NCBI RefSeq assembly: GCF_964194025.1 | Contig: NC_134473.1 | Coordinates: forward strand, 70,556,001 to 70,620,000 | Direction of reading: 5' to 3' | From: Convolutriloba macropyga | Lineage: Eukaryota | DNA: 64,000 nucleotides | In this document: piece by piece, positions 49,297 through 60,577 of the stretch | How positions within the stretch are numbered: the stretch's first letter is position 1 | Layout of the letters: every line of letters begins with the position of its first letter | Program-made: the position numbers and the translations under genes | Notes under the pieces: model-generated | Database searches by the model: none | Told to the model about the DNA's origin: nothing | Seen by the model: the letters and a program-made list of their open reading frames with translations, nothing else

Positions 49297-50849
49297 TAAC
49301 ACTATTTTTTGTACTAATTAATGGCTTTATTTTGTAGCTAGGGAGGTGGCAATTAGAATTGTGTAGGTGAGAAAACTTTGTACAAGTATTTGAACGATGT
49401 AATACCCGATTTTCAGAACCAAGGGCGAATAAATGACGATTTTGAGCAGAATTATTGGCTTCGGCGACAATCTTTTTCTCCGGATTATAAGTGAGAGGAT
49501 ATAGACCCCGTCGTAGGTAATGAACAATCTCGAAGTATTTACGATTTTTCATATTGATAAGTTTTAAGTGCCACTGACTGTAGTAAAGTTGAAGTCATGA
49601 AATGCAAACCTGACCTGAGAAAATGTTTGTTTTATGCAAATAGACACGCATCTGGTCACTTTATAAATAAGGGCCACTTGGATTGTCGACTTGGATTGTC
49701 GTCAAGCGACAATGACTGAATTTTAATGAGTTAAGATATTACTCATTTACTTCTTTTTTTTCAAACAATTCATTTTTTCTATCTCAATAATTTACATAAC
49801 ATAGTAGGTTTTGTCATCATTCGGGGTTATGACGAGAGTAGAGAGGGGGGAGTGTAGCGAACATGAAATTGAATTCGAGGTGGAATACCTCTAAGTGGCG
49901 AAACTGCATATATTTAGACTCTTTAGAAAGCTCGTAATTTGGACAATCTATTTAAGATAATTACATCGCGGCTAACTTGAACAGAGTTTAATCCCTTTGT
50001 GGAAAGCAGACAGTTAACCGACCAAATTCTTATAACACCAAATGTGCACAGATGATAGCAAAGCTCTAAAATAGATAAAATGAACAACTGACACAAGCTG
50101 AGAGTTTTGAGGGCTGTCAAATTAGATTGATTAGACAAACAGGCAACCTCTTCTGTGTTCATAGGTTAGTTTGAAGAACAGAGAATAGATAAATAAGTAT
50201 GGCAAAGTTCAAGCACAATCTGGTTCCCACGACAGTGATTGTGCACCCACTCCTTTGCTCCCTCCTGCTTCATTAATCGAACCATAGACATCGTCTTCTT
50301 AACCCTGATGGAATCTACCCTGAAAACTAAGAGAAAAACGAAAGGGGAACTTAAAACTGAGTTCCAATAAGTTGTATATAGACAAATAATAATTCACGTT
50401 TCTGGCCTTTGTGTCATCTCACAGTGGTATATTATTAGGTAATGCGGTGTCTCCTCCACTAACTGGATTTTATGAAATATTTATCCTTGAACCAATCTCT
50501 TGTGAGTGCCGGATAATCTAAGATAGTGCGGCTGTTCGCCGTAACCAGAGTCATAATATACATAAATATTAATTCGGAAGCGTCGAGCAACTAATCTCAG
50601 GACTGTTGTATTAATAAACTTGACGTCCTCGATCTCTATAGATCAACTACTTCGTTGCGTCTGTTGTAAAGGTTCTTATCGTATCCAGTGCGTAGTTTTA
50701 CGGACAGTTTTTCGAATTCACCCGCATGCGTGCGGGTTCCCGTAATAATAGTTGAAGCCGTAATATTATCAGCCTATCTTTATTGAGATAGACCAGAATT
50801 GCGAGGTATAAAAGTCAGGGCAGCTGAAAAGGAGTGGGCGTTGTAAAAT

Positions 50850-50881
50850 CTGTAATTATTATTAGAAATTGATTTTCTTAC
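50850..50881 (-). other. 32-nt GT-AG intron of the array gene
   Basis: Minus strand AAAAG|GTAAGAAAATCAATTTCTAATAATAATTACAG|ATTTT. Confidence 0.65.
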
Positions 50882-51057
50882 CTTTTAAATAATTCTTAAC
50901 AATATCGTCTCTTCTGCTCTAGTACCATCCCGCGACATACTCCGTCAAGGGTTTCCGGGGTGATGAAATTAATCGGTTCCATAATGTGGTGATAGATTAT
51001 ACTATCATTTCAGGTAGAGAAATTGCGTATAACTTACGCTCGTTTCTTTAAGTTGCA

Positions 51058-51740
51058 GCCAGCTTCTTGGTCCACTTCCGTGGTCCTAGGCATTAACAGT
51101 CATATCCATGTGATCAGGGTTTTGTCGGTAGTATGTGATTTGTTTATCAAGTAATCTACCCAGCTCAGACGGGTTTAGGAATCGATCCATCTCACGACGA
51201 AACTTCTCTGTCAGCTCATCCCGTTCTCGCTTCACCCACAACATACCCATCTTAGTATAGAATGACTCTGTATTCTGTGTAAAGAAGTCCTGGAGGGTTG
51301 AGTTAAGAGCGGTCATAATCCCGAGTGCAAAGCTGAAGAATCACTGGTAAGCACTACCCTTTGTGCATGCTGATTTTTGTAGGGAAACTACGCGAGCGTA
51401 TGCAATCATGTTCTCATAGCTGGCCATCTTAGCCACTGCAGTCAGAAAATTTTTGCGGTCAGCAGCTAGGGTGATGCTTTAGGCAACCTCTGGGGAACTC
51501 ACAAAGTACACATCGGCAGCAATGAAGAATCTAGTCATACCTCGACCACGTTTCTACTCTGCAAGAATGTGTGTCACAGAAGTTACCTTTTCCTCCCTGC
51601 CCCTCGCAAGCAAGGTACACATGGAACTTGCATACTTCTCACACAGCATACAGTATGAGCTAATTTCTGCCACTGCTTGAGAGCAGTTCTGCATCATTAA
51701 TTTTCACCATTAAATTTCTGCATATTAAATTTCTGCACCA
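51058..51740 (-). pseudogene. Nucleoprotein EVE copy 3 (stops)
   Basis: ORF remnant 51086-51316; same junctions. Confidence 0.8.
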
Positions 51741-53474
51741 TAACACTATTTTTTTTCTAATTAATGGCTTTAATTTGTAGCTAGGGAGGTGACAATTAGA
51801 ACTGTGTAGGTGAGATAACTTTGTACGAGTGTTTGAACGATGTAATACCCGAATTTCAGAATCAAGGGCGAATAAATGACAATTTTGAGCAGAATTATTG
51901 ACTTCGGCGACAAACTTTTTCTCCTCCGGATAATAAGTGAGATGATACAGACACCATCGTAGGTAATGAACAACCTCGAAGTTTTTACGATTTTTTATAT
52001 TGATAAGTTTCAAGTGCCACTGACTGTAGTAAAGTTGAAATCATGAAATGCAAACCTGAGCTGAGAAAATGTTTGTTTTATGCAAATAGACACGCATCTC
52101 ATCACTTTATAAATAAGGGCCACTTGGATTGTCGACTTGGATTGTCGTCAAGCGACAATGACTAAATTTTAATAAGTTAAGATATTACTCATTTACTACT
52201 TTTGTTATCAAACAATTCATTTTTTCTATCTCAATAATTTACATCACAGTAGGTTTTGTCATCATTCTGGGTTATGACCAGAGTAGAGAGGGGGGAGTGT
52301 AGCGAACATGAAATTGAATTTGAAGGGGGAATACCTCTAGGTGGCGAAACTGCATATATTTAGGCTCTTTAGAAAGCTCGTAATTTGGACAATATATTTA
52401 ATTACATCGCGGCTAACTTGAACAGAGTTTAATCCCTTTGTGGAAAGCAGACAATTAGCCGACCAGATTCTTATGACCACAAATGTGCACAGATGATAGC
52501 AAAGCTCTAAAATAGATAAAATGAAAAAATGACATATAAGCTGAGAGTATTTAGGGCTGTCAAATTAGATTGATTAGACAAACAGGCAATCTCTTTTTTG
52601 TTCATAGGTTAGTTTGAAGAACAGAGAATAGATAAATAAGTATGGCAAAGTTCAAGGACAATCTGGTTCCCACGACAGCGATTGTGCGTACACTCCTTTG
52701 CTCCCTGCTTCATTAATCGAACCATCGACATCGTCTGCTTAACCCGATGAAATCTACCCTGAATATAGAGAGAAAAACGTAAGGGGAACTCAAAACTGAG
52801 TTCGAATAATTTGTACATTATCAAATAACAATTCATATTTCTGGCCTTGTTTCATCTGAGCGGTATATTATTAGGCAATGCGGTGTCTCATCCACTAACT
52901 CGAATTTATGAAATATGCCTCCTTGAACCAATCCTTTGTGAGTGCCGGATAAACTAAGATAGTGTGGCTGTTCGCCGTAACCAGAGTCATAATATAAATA
53001 AATTTTAATTCGGAAGCGTCGAGCAACTAATCTCAGGACTGTTGTATTAATAAATTTGGCGTCCTCGATCTCTATGGATCAACTACTTCGTCGCGTCTTT
53101 TGTAAAAGTTCTTATCGTATCCAGTGCCTAATTTTACGGACAGTTTTTCGAATTCACCCGCATGCGTGCGGGTTACCGTATTGATAGTCGAAGCCGTAAT
53201 ATTACTAGCCTATCTTTATTGAGATAGACCAAAATTGCGAGGTATAAAAGTCAGGGCAGGAAAAATCTGTAATTATTATTAGAAATTGATTGTCTTGCCT
53301 TTCAAATAATTCTTAACAATATCGTCTCTTCTGCTCTAGTACCATCTCGCGACATACTCCGTCAAAAGTTTCCGCGGTGATGAAATTAATCGGTTCCATA
53401 ATGTGGCGATAGATTATACTATCACTTCAGGTAGAGAAATTGCGTATAACTTACGCTCGATTCTTTAAGTTGCA

Positions 53475-54142
53475 GACAGCTTCTTTGGCTCACTTCCGCG
53501 GTCATAGGCATTAACAGTCAAATCCATCTGATTAGGGTTTTGTCGGTAGTATGTGATTTGGCTAGCAAGTAATCTACCCAGCTCAGACGGGTTTGGGAAT
53601 CGATCCATCTCACGACGAAACTTCTCTATCAGCTCATCCCGTTCTCGCTTCACCCACAACATACCCATCTTAGTATAGAATGACTCTGTATTCTGTGTAA
53701 AGAAGTCCTGGAGGGTTGAGTTGAGAGCGGTCATAACCCGAGTGCAAAGCTGAAGAATCCCTGGTAAGCACTACCGTTTGTGTATGCTGAATTTTGTAGG
53801 GAAACTACGTGAGCGTATGCAATCATATTCTCACAGCTGGCCATCTTAGCCACTGCAGTCAGAAAATTGTTGCGGTCAGTAGCTAGGGTGATGCTATAGG
53901 CAACCTCTGGGTAACTCAAAGTACACATCGGCAGCAATGAAGAATCTAGCCATACCTCGACCACGTATCTACTCTGCAAGAATGTGTGTCACAGAAGTTC
54001 CCTTTTCCTCCCTGGCCCACGCAAGCAAGGTACACATGGAACTTGCATACTTCTCACACAGCATACAGTATGAGTTAATTTCTGCCACTGCTTGAGAGCA
54101 GTTCTGCACCATTAATTTTCCGCATATTATATTTCTGTACCA
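53475..54142 (-). pseudogene. Nucleoprotein EVE copy 4 (frameshifts)
   Basis: ORF pieces 53465-53734 and 53731-53979. Confidence 0.8.
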
Positions 54143-55899
54143 TAACACTAATTTTTTTAACTAATTAATGGCTTTAATTTGTAGCTAGGTAGGTGACAAT
54201 TAGAACTGTATAGGTGAGATAACTTTGTACGAGTATTTGAACGATGTAATACCCGAATTTCAGAATCAAGGGCGAATAAATGACCATTTTGAGCAGAATT
54301 ATTGGCTTCGGCGACAAACTTTTTCTCCTCCCGATTATAAGTGATAGGATACAGACACCATCGTAGGTAATAAACAACCTCGGAGTATTTACGATTTTTC
54401 ATATTGATAAGTTTCAAGTGCCACTTACTGTAGTAAAGTTGAAATCATGAAATGCAAACCTGAGCTGAGAAAATGTTTGTTTTGTGCAAATAGACACGCA
54501 TCTGATCACTTTATAAATAAGGGCCACTTGGATTGTCGACTTGAATTGTCGTCAAGCGACAATGACTGAATTTTAATAAGTTAAGATATTACTCATTTAC
54601 TACTTTTGTTATCAAACAATTCATTTTTTCTATCTCAATAATTTACATAACATAGGTTTTGTCATCATTCGGGTTTATGATGAGAGTAGAGAGGGGGTGT
54701 GTAGCGAACATGAAATGGAATTTGAAGGGGGAATACCTCTAGGTGGCGAAACTGCATATATTTAATCTCTTTAGAAAGATCGTAATTTGGACAATCTATT
54801 TAAGATAATTACTTCGCGGCTAACTTGAACAGAGTTTAATCCCTTTGTGGAAAGCAGACAATTAGCCGACCAGATTCTTATGACCACAAATGTGCACAGA
54901 TGATAGCAAAGCTCTAAAATAGATAAAATGAACAAATGACACAAGCTGAGAGGATTTAGGGCTGTCAATTTAGATTGATTAGACAAACAAGCAACCTCTT
55001 CTGTGTTCAATGTTCAGTTTAAAGAACAGAATAGGTAAGTAAGTATAGCAAAGTTCAAGGACAATCTGGTTCCCACGACAGCGATTGTGCGCCCACTCCT
55101 TTGCTCCCTGCTTCATTAATCGAACCATCTACATCGTCTGCTTAACCCCGATGGAATCTACCCTGAATATAGAGGGAAAAACCTAAGGGGAGCTTAAAAC
55201 TGAGCTCGAATAATATGTACATAAACAAATAACAATTCATTTTTCTGGACTTTTTTTTCATCTGACAGCGGTATATTATTAGGCAATGCGGTGTCTCATC
55301 CACTAACTGGAATTTATGAAATATGCCTCCTTGAACCAATCTTTTGTGAGTGCCGGATAAACTAAGATAGTGTGGCTGTTCGCCGTAACCAGAGTCATAA
55401 TATACATAAATATTGATTCGGAAGCGTCGGGCAACTAATCTCAGGACTGTTGTATTAATAACTTCGACGTCCTCGATCTCTATAGATCAACTACTTCGTC
55501 GCGTCTGTTGTAAAGGTTCTTATCGTATCCAGTGCCTAATTTTACGGACAGTTTTTCGAATTCACCCGCATGCGTGCGGGTTCCCTTATTAATAGTCGAA
55601 GCCGTAATATTTCTAGATTCTAGATATATCTTTATTGAGATAGACCAGAATTGCGAGGTATAAAAGTCAGGGCAGCTGAAAAGGAGTGGGCTTTGAAAAA
55701 TCTGTAATTATTTTTAGAAATTGATTTTCTTTCCTTTTAAATGATTCTTAACAATATCATCTCTTCTGCTCTAGTACCATCTTGCCACATACTCCGTCAA
55801 GGGTTTCCGGGGTGATGAAATTAATCGGTTCCTTAATGTGGCGATAGATTATACTCTCATTTCAGGTAGAGAAATTGCGTATAACTTACGCTCGATTCT

Positions 55900-56550
55900 T
55901 TAAGTTGCAGCCAGCTTCTTTGGCCCACTTCCGTGGTCATAGGCATTAACAGTCATATCCATCTGATTAGGGTTTTGTCGGTAGTATGTGATTTGGTTAT
56001 CAAGTACTCTACCCAGCTGAGACGGGTTTGGGAATCGATCCATCTCACGACGAAACTTCTCTATCAGCTCATCCCGTTCTCGCTTCACCCACAACATACC
56101 CATCTTAGTATAGAATGACTCTGTATTCTGTGTAAAGAAGTCCTGGAGGGTTGAGTTGAGAGCGGTCATAATCCCGAGTGCAAAGCTGAAGAATCCCTGG
56201 TAAGCACTACCGTTTGTGTATGCTGAATTTTGTAGGGAAACTACGTGAGCGTATGCAATCATATTCTCATAGCTGGCCATCTTAGCCACTGCAGTCAGAA
56301 AATTCTTGCGGTCAGCAGCTAGGGTGATGCTATAGGCAACTTCCTGGTAACTCACAAAGTACACATTGGCAGCAATGAAGAATCTAGTCATACCTCGACC
56401 ACGTATATACTCTTCAAGAATGTGTGTCACAAAAGTTCCCTTTTCCTCCCTGGCCCACGCAAGCAAGGTACACATGGAGCTTGCATACTTTTCACACAGC
56501 ATACAGTATGAGTTCATTTGTGCCACTGCTTGAGAGCAGTTCTGCACCAT
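55900..56550 (-). CDS. Nucleoprotein EVE copy 5, uninterrupted 216-aa ORF (insert 55910-56593)
   Basis: ATG to TAA open across the whole insert; motifs ILEEYIRGRGMTRFF, DRKNFLTAVAKMA..AYAHVVSL, GSAYQGFFSFALGIMTALNSTL. Confidence 0.75.
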   Translation of the reverse strand: MVQNCSQAVAQMNSYCMLCEKYASSMCTLLAWAREEKGTFVTHILEEYIRGRGMTRFFIAANVYFVSYQEVAYSITLAADRKNFLTAVAKMASYENMIAYAHVVSLQNSAYTNGSAYQGFFSFALGIMTALNSTLQDFFTQNTESFYTKMGMLWVKRERDELIEKFRREMDRFPNPSQLGRVLDNQITYYRQNPNQMDMTVNAYDHGSGPKKLAAT

Positions 56551-58359
56551 TAATTTTCACCATTAAATTTCTGCACATTAAATTTTTGCACCATAACACT
56601 AATTTTTGTACTAATTAATGGCTTTAATTTGTAGCTAGGGAGGTGACAATTAGAACTGTGTAGGTGAGATAACTTTGTACGAGTGTTTGAACGATGTAAT
56701 ACCCGAATTTCAGAATCAAGGGCGAATAAATGACCATTTTGAGCAGAATTATTGACTTCGGCGACAAACTTTTTCTCCTCCGGATAATAAGTGAGAGGAT
56801 ACAGACACCATCGTAGGTAATGAACAACCTTGAAGCATTTACGATTTTTTATATTGATAAGTTTCAAGTGCCACTGACTGTAGTAAAGTTGAAATCATGA
56901 AATGCAAACCTGAGCTGAGAAAATGTTTGTTTTATGCAAATAGACACGCATCTGATCACTTTATAAATAAGGGCCACTTGGATTGTCGACTTGGATTGTC
57001 GTCAAGCGACAATGACTGAATTTTAATAAGTTAAGATATTACTCATTTACTACTTTTGTTATCAAACAATTCATTTTTTCTATCTCAATAATTTACATAA
57101 CATAGGTTTTGTCATCATTCGGGTTTATGATGAGAGTAGAGAGGGGGTGTGTAGCGAACATGAAATGGAATTTGAAGGGGGAATACCTCTAGGTGGCGAA
57201 ACTGCATATATTTAATCTCTTTAGAAAGATCGTAATTTGGACAATCTATTTAAGATAATTACTTCGCGGCTAACTTGAACAGAGTTTAATCCCTTTGTGG
57301 AAAGCAGACAATTAGCCGACCAGATTCTTATGACCACAAATGTGCACAGATGATAGCAAAGCTCTAAAATAGATAAAATGAACAAATGACACAAGCTGAG
57401 AGGATTTAGGGCTGTCAATTTAGATTGATTAGACAAACAAGCAACCTCTTCTGTGTTCAATGTTCAGTTTAAAGAACAGAATAGGTAAGTAAGTATAGCA
57501 AAGTTCAAGGACAATCTGGTTCCCACGACAGCGATTGTGCGCCCACTCCTTTGCTCCCTGCTTCATTAATCGAACCATCTACATCGTCTGCTTAACCCCG
57601 ATGGAATCTACCCTGAATATAGAGGGAAAAACCTAAGGGGAGCTTAAAACTGAGCTCGAATAATATGTACATAAACAAATAACAATTCATTTTTCTGGAC
57701 TTTTTTTTCATCTGACAGCGGTATATTATTAGGCAATGCGGTGTCTCATCCACTAACTGGAATTTATGAAATATGCCTCCTTGAACCAATCTTTTGTGAG
57801 TGCCGGATAAACTAAGATAGTGTGGCTGTTCGCCGTAACCAGAGTCATAATATACATAAATATTGATTCGGAAGCGTCGGGCAACTAATCTCAGGACTGT
57901 TGTATTAATAACTTCGACGTCCTCGATCTCTATAGATCAACTACTTCGTCGCGTCTGTTGTAAAGGTTCTTATCGTATCCAGTGCCTAATTTTACGGACA
58001 GTTTTTCGAATTCACCCGCATGCGTGCGGGTTCCCTTATTAATAGTCGAAGCCGTAATATTTCTAGATTCTAGATATATCTTTATTGAGATAGACCAGAA
58101 TTGCGAGGTATAAAAGTCAGGGCAGCTGAAAAGGAGTGGGCTTTGAAAAATCTGTAATTATTTTTAGAAATTGATTTTCTTTCCTTTTAAATGATTCTTA
58201 ACAATATCATCTCTTCTGCTCTAGTACCATCTTGCCACATACTCCGTCAAGGGTTTCCGGGGTGATGAAATTAATCGGTTCCTTAATGTGGCGATAGATT
58301 ATACTCTCATTTCAGGTAGAGAAATTGCGTATAACTTACGCTCGATTCTTTAAGTTGCA

Positions 58360-59043
58360 GCCAGCTTCTTTGGCCAACTTCCGTGGTCATAGGCATTAAC
58401 AGTCATATCCATCTGATTAGGGTTTTGTCGGTAGTATGTGATTTGGTTATCAAGTACTCTACCCAGCTGAGACGGGTTTGGGAATCGATCCATCTCACGA
58501 CGAAACTTCTCTATCAGCTCATCCCGTTCTCGCTTCACCCACAACATACCCATCTTAGTATAGAATGACTCTGTATTCTGTGTAAAGAAGTCCTGGAGGG
58601 TTGAGTTGAGAGCGGTCATAATCCCGAGTGCAAAGCTGAAGAATCCCTGGTAAGCACTACCGTTTGTGTATGCTGAATTTTGTAGGGAAACTACGTGAGC
58701 GTATGCAATCATATTCTCATAGCTGGCCATCTTAGCCACTGCAGTCAGAAAATTCTTGCGGTCAGCAGCTAGGGTGATGCTATAGGCAACCTCTTGCTAA
58801 CTCACAAAGTACACATTGGCAGCAATGAAGAATCTAGTCATACCTCGACCACGTATATACTCTTCAAGAATGTGTGTCACAAAAGTTCCCTTTTCCTCCC
58901 TGGCCCACGCAAGCAAGGTACACATGGAGCTTGCATACTTTTCACACAGCATACAGTATGAGTTCATTTGTGCCACTGCTTGAGAGCAGTTCTGCACCAT
59001 TAATTTTCACCATTAAATTTCTGCACATTAAATTTTTGCACCA
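58360..59043 (-). pseudogene. Nucleoprotein EVE copy 6 (single premature TAG at 58797-58799)
   Basis: Near-identical to copy 5 at a 2450-bp offset. Confidence 0.8.
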
Positions 59044-59544
59044 TAACACTAATTTTTGTACTAATTAATGGCTTTAATTTGTAGCTAGGGAGGTGGCAAT
59101 TAGAACTGTGTAGGTGAGATAACTTTGTACGAGTGTTTGAACGATGTAATACCCGAATTTCAGAATCAAGGGCGAATAAATGACCATTTTGAGCAGAATT
59201 ATTGACTTCGGCGACAAACTTTTTCTCCTCCGGATAATAAGTGAGAGGATACAGACACCATCGTAGGTAATGAACAACCTTGAAGCATTTACGATTTTTT
59301 ATATTGATAAGTTTCAAGTGCCACTGACTGTAGTAAAGTTGAAATCATGAAATGCAAACCTGAGCTGAGAAAATGTTTGTTTTATGCAAATAGACACGCA
59401 TCTGATCACTTTATAAATAAGGGCCACTTGGATTGTCGACTTGGATTGTCGTCAAGCGACAATGACTGAATTTTAATAAGTTAAGATATTACTCATTTAC
59501 TACTTTTGTTATCAAACAATTCATTTTTCTATCTCAATAATTTA

Positions 59545-60577
59545 CCCTGATGGAATCTACCCTGAAAACTAAGAGAAAAACGAAAGGGGAACTTAAAACT
59601 GAGTTCCAATAAGTTGTATATAGACAAATAATAATTCACGTTTCTGGCCTTTGTGTTATCTCACAGCGGTATATTATTGGGTAATGCGGTGTCTCCTCCA
59701 CTAACTGGATTTTATGAAATATTTATCCTTGAACCAATCTCTTGTGAGTGCCGGATAAACTAAGATAGTGCGGCTGTTCGCCGTAACCAGAGTCATAATT
59801 TACATAAATATTAATTCGGAAGCGTCGAGCAACTAATCTCAGGACTGTTGTATTAATAAACTTGACTTCCTCGATCTCTATAGATCAACTACTTTGTTGC
59901 GTCTGTTGTAAAGGTTCTTATCGTATCCAGTGCGTAGTTTTACGGACAGTTTTTCGAATTCACCCGCATGCGTGCGGGTTCCCGTAATAATAGTCGAAAG
60001 ACAGGCACTGACGCAATTGTATTTCGTATGCCTGACGTCTAATGCGATAGGCTAGTTTTGTGAAGTAACAGTCAGGGCAGCTGAAATGGAGTGGGCTTGT
60101 GAAGTCTGCAATTAAAAAGGTTTTAACTTTTAAATAATTCATAACGGTATCTTCTTTTCAGCTCTAGTGTCATCTGGCGACATACACCGTCAGGGTTTCC
60201 GTGGCGATGAAATTAATCGGTTCCTTAATGTGGCGATAGATTATACTCTCATTTCAGGTAGAGAAATTGCGTATATAACTTTCGCTCGATTCTTTTTGCA
60301 TAAAACTAAATTTTTGACTAATGAATGGCTTTAATTTGTAGCTGGGTAGGTGGCCGTTAGAACTGTGAAGATGGTGAGATATCTTCGTACGAGCTTTATC
60401 TTCTTTTAATCTTCTTTGTTATACCTGAATTATAGAACCAAGAGTGAATAAATGATCATTTTTGACTAGAATTTTTGGCTTCGACGACGAACTCTTCTTC
60501 TCCTCCGGATGATAATTGAGGGGATACAGACCCGATCGTAGGTAAAGAACAACCTCGAAGTATTTAAGATTTTTCAT
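59545..60577 (-). pseudogene. Terminal array unit without the viral insert; best-preserved OTU-like frame
   Basis: One frame with in-frame stops: PDCYFTKLAYRIRRQAYEIQLRQCLS ... FINTTVLRLVARRFRINIYV ... IFHKIQLVEETPHYPII. Confidence 0.55.

Noticed and set aside
55563-55581. ACCCGCA-TGCG-TGCGGGT hairpin in most units
   Set aside because: Lies within the putative coding exon and is imperfect in older copies; no evidence of function
45000-59544. CRISPR-like repeat-spacer reading of the large array
   Set aside because: The viral insert is the same fragment in every unit (one capture, then duplication), not serially acquired different spacers
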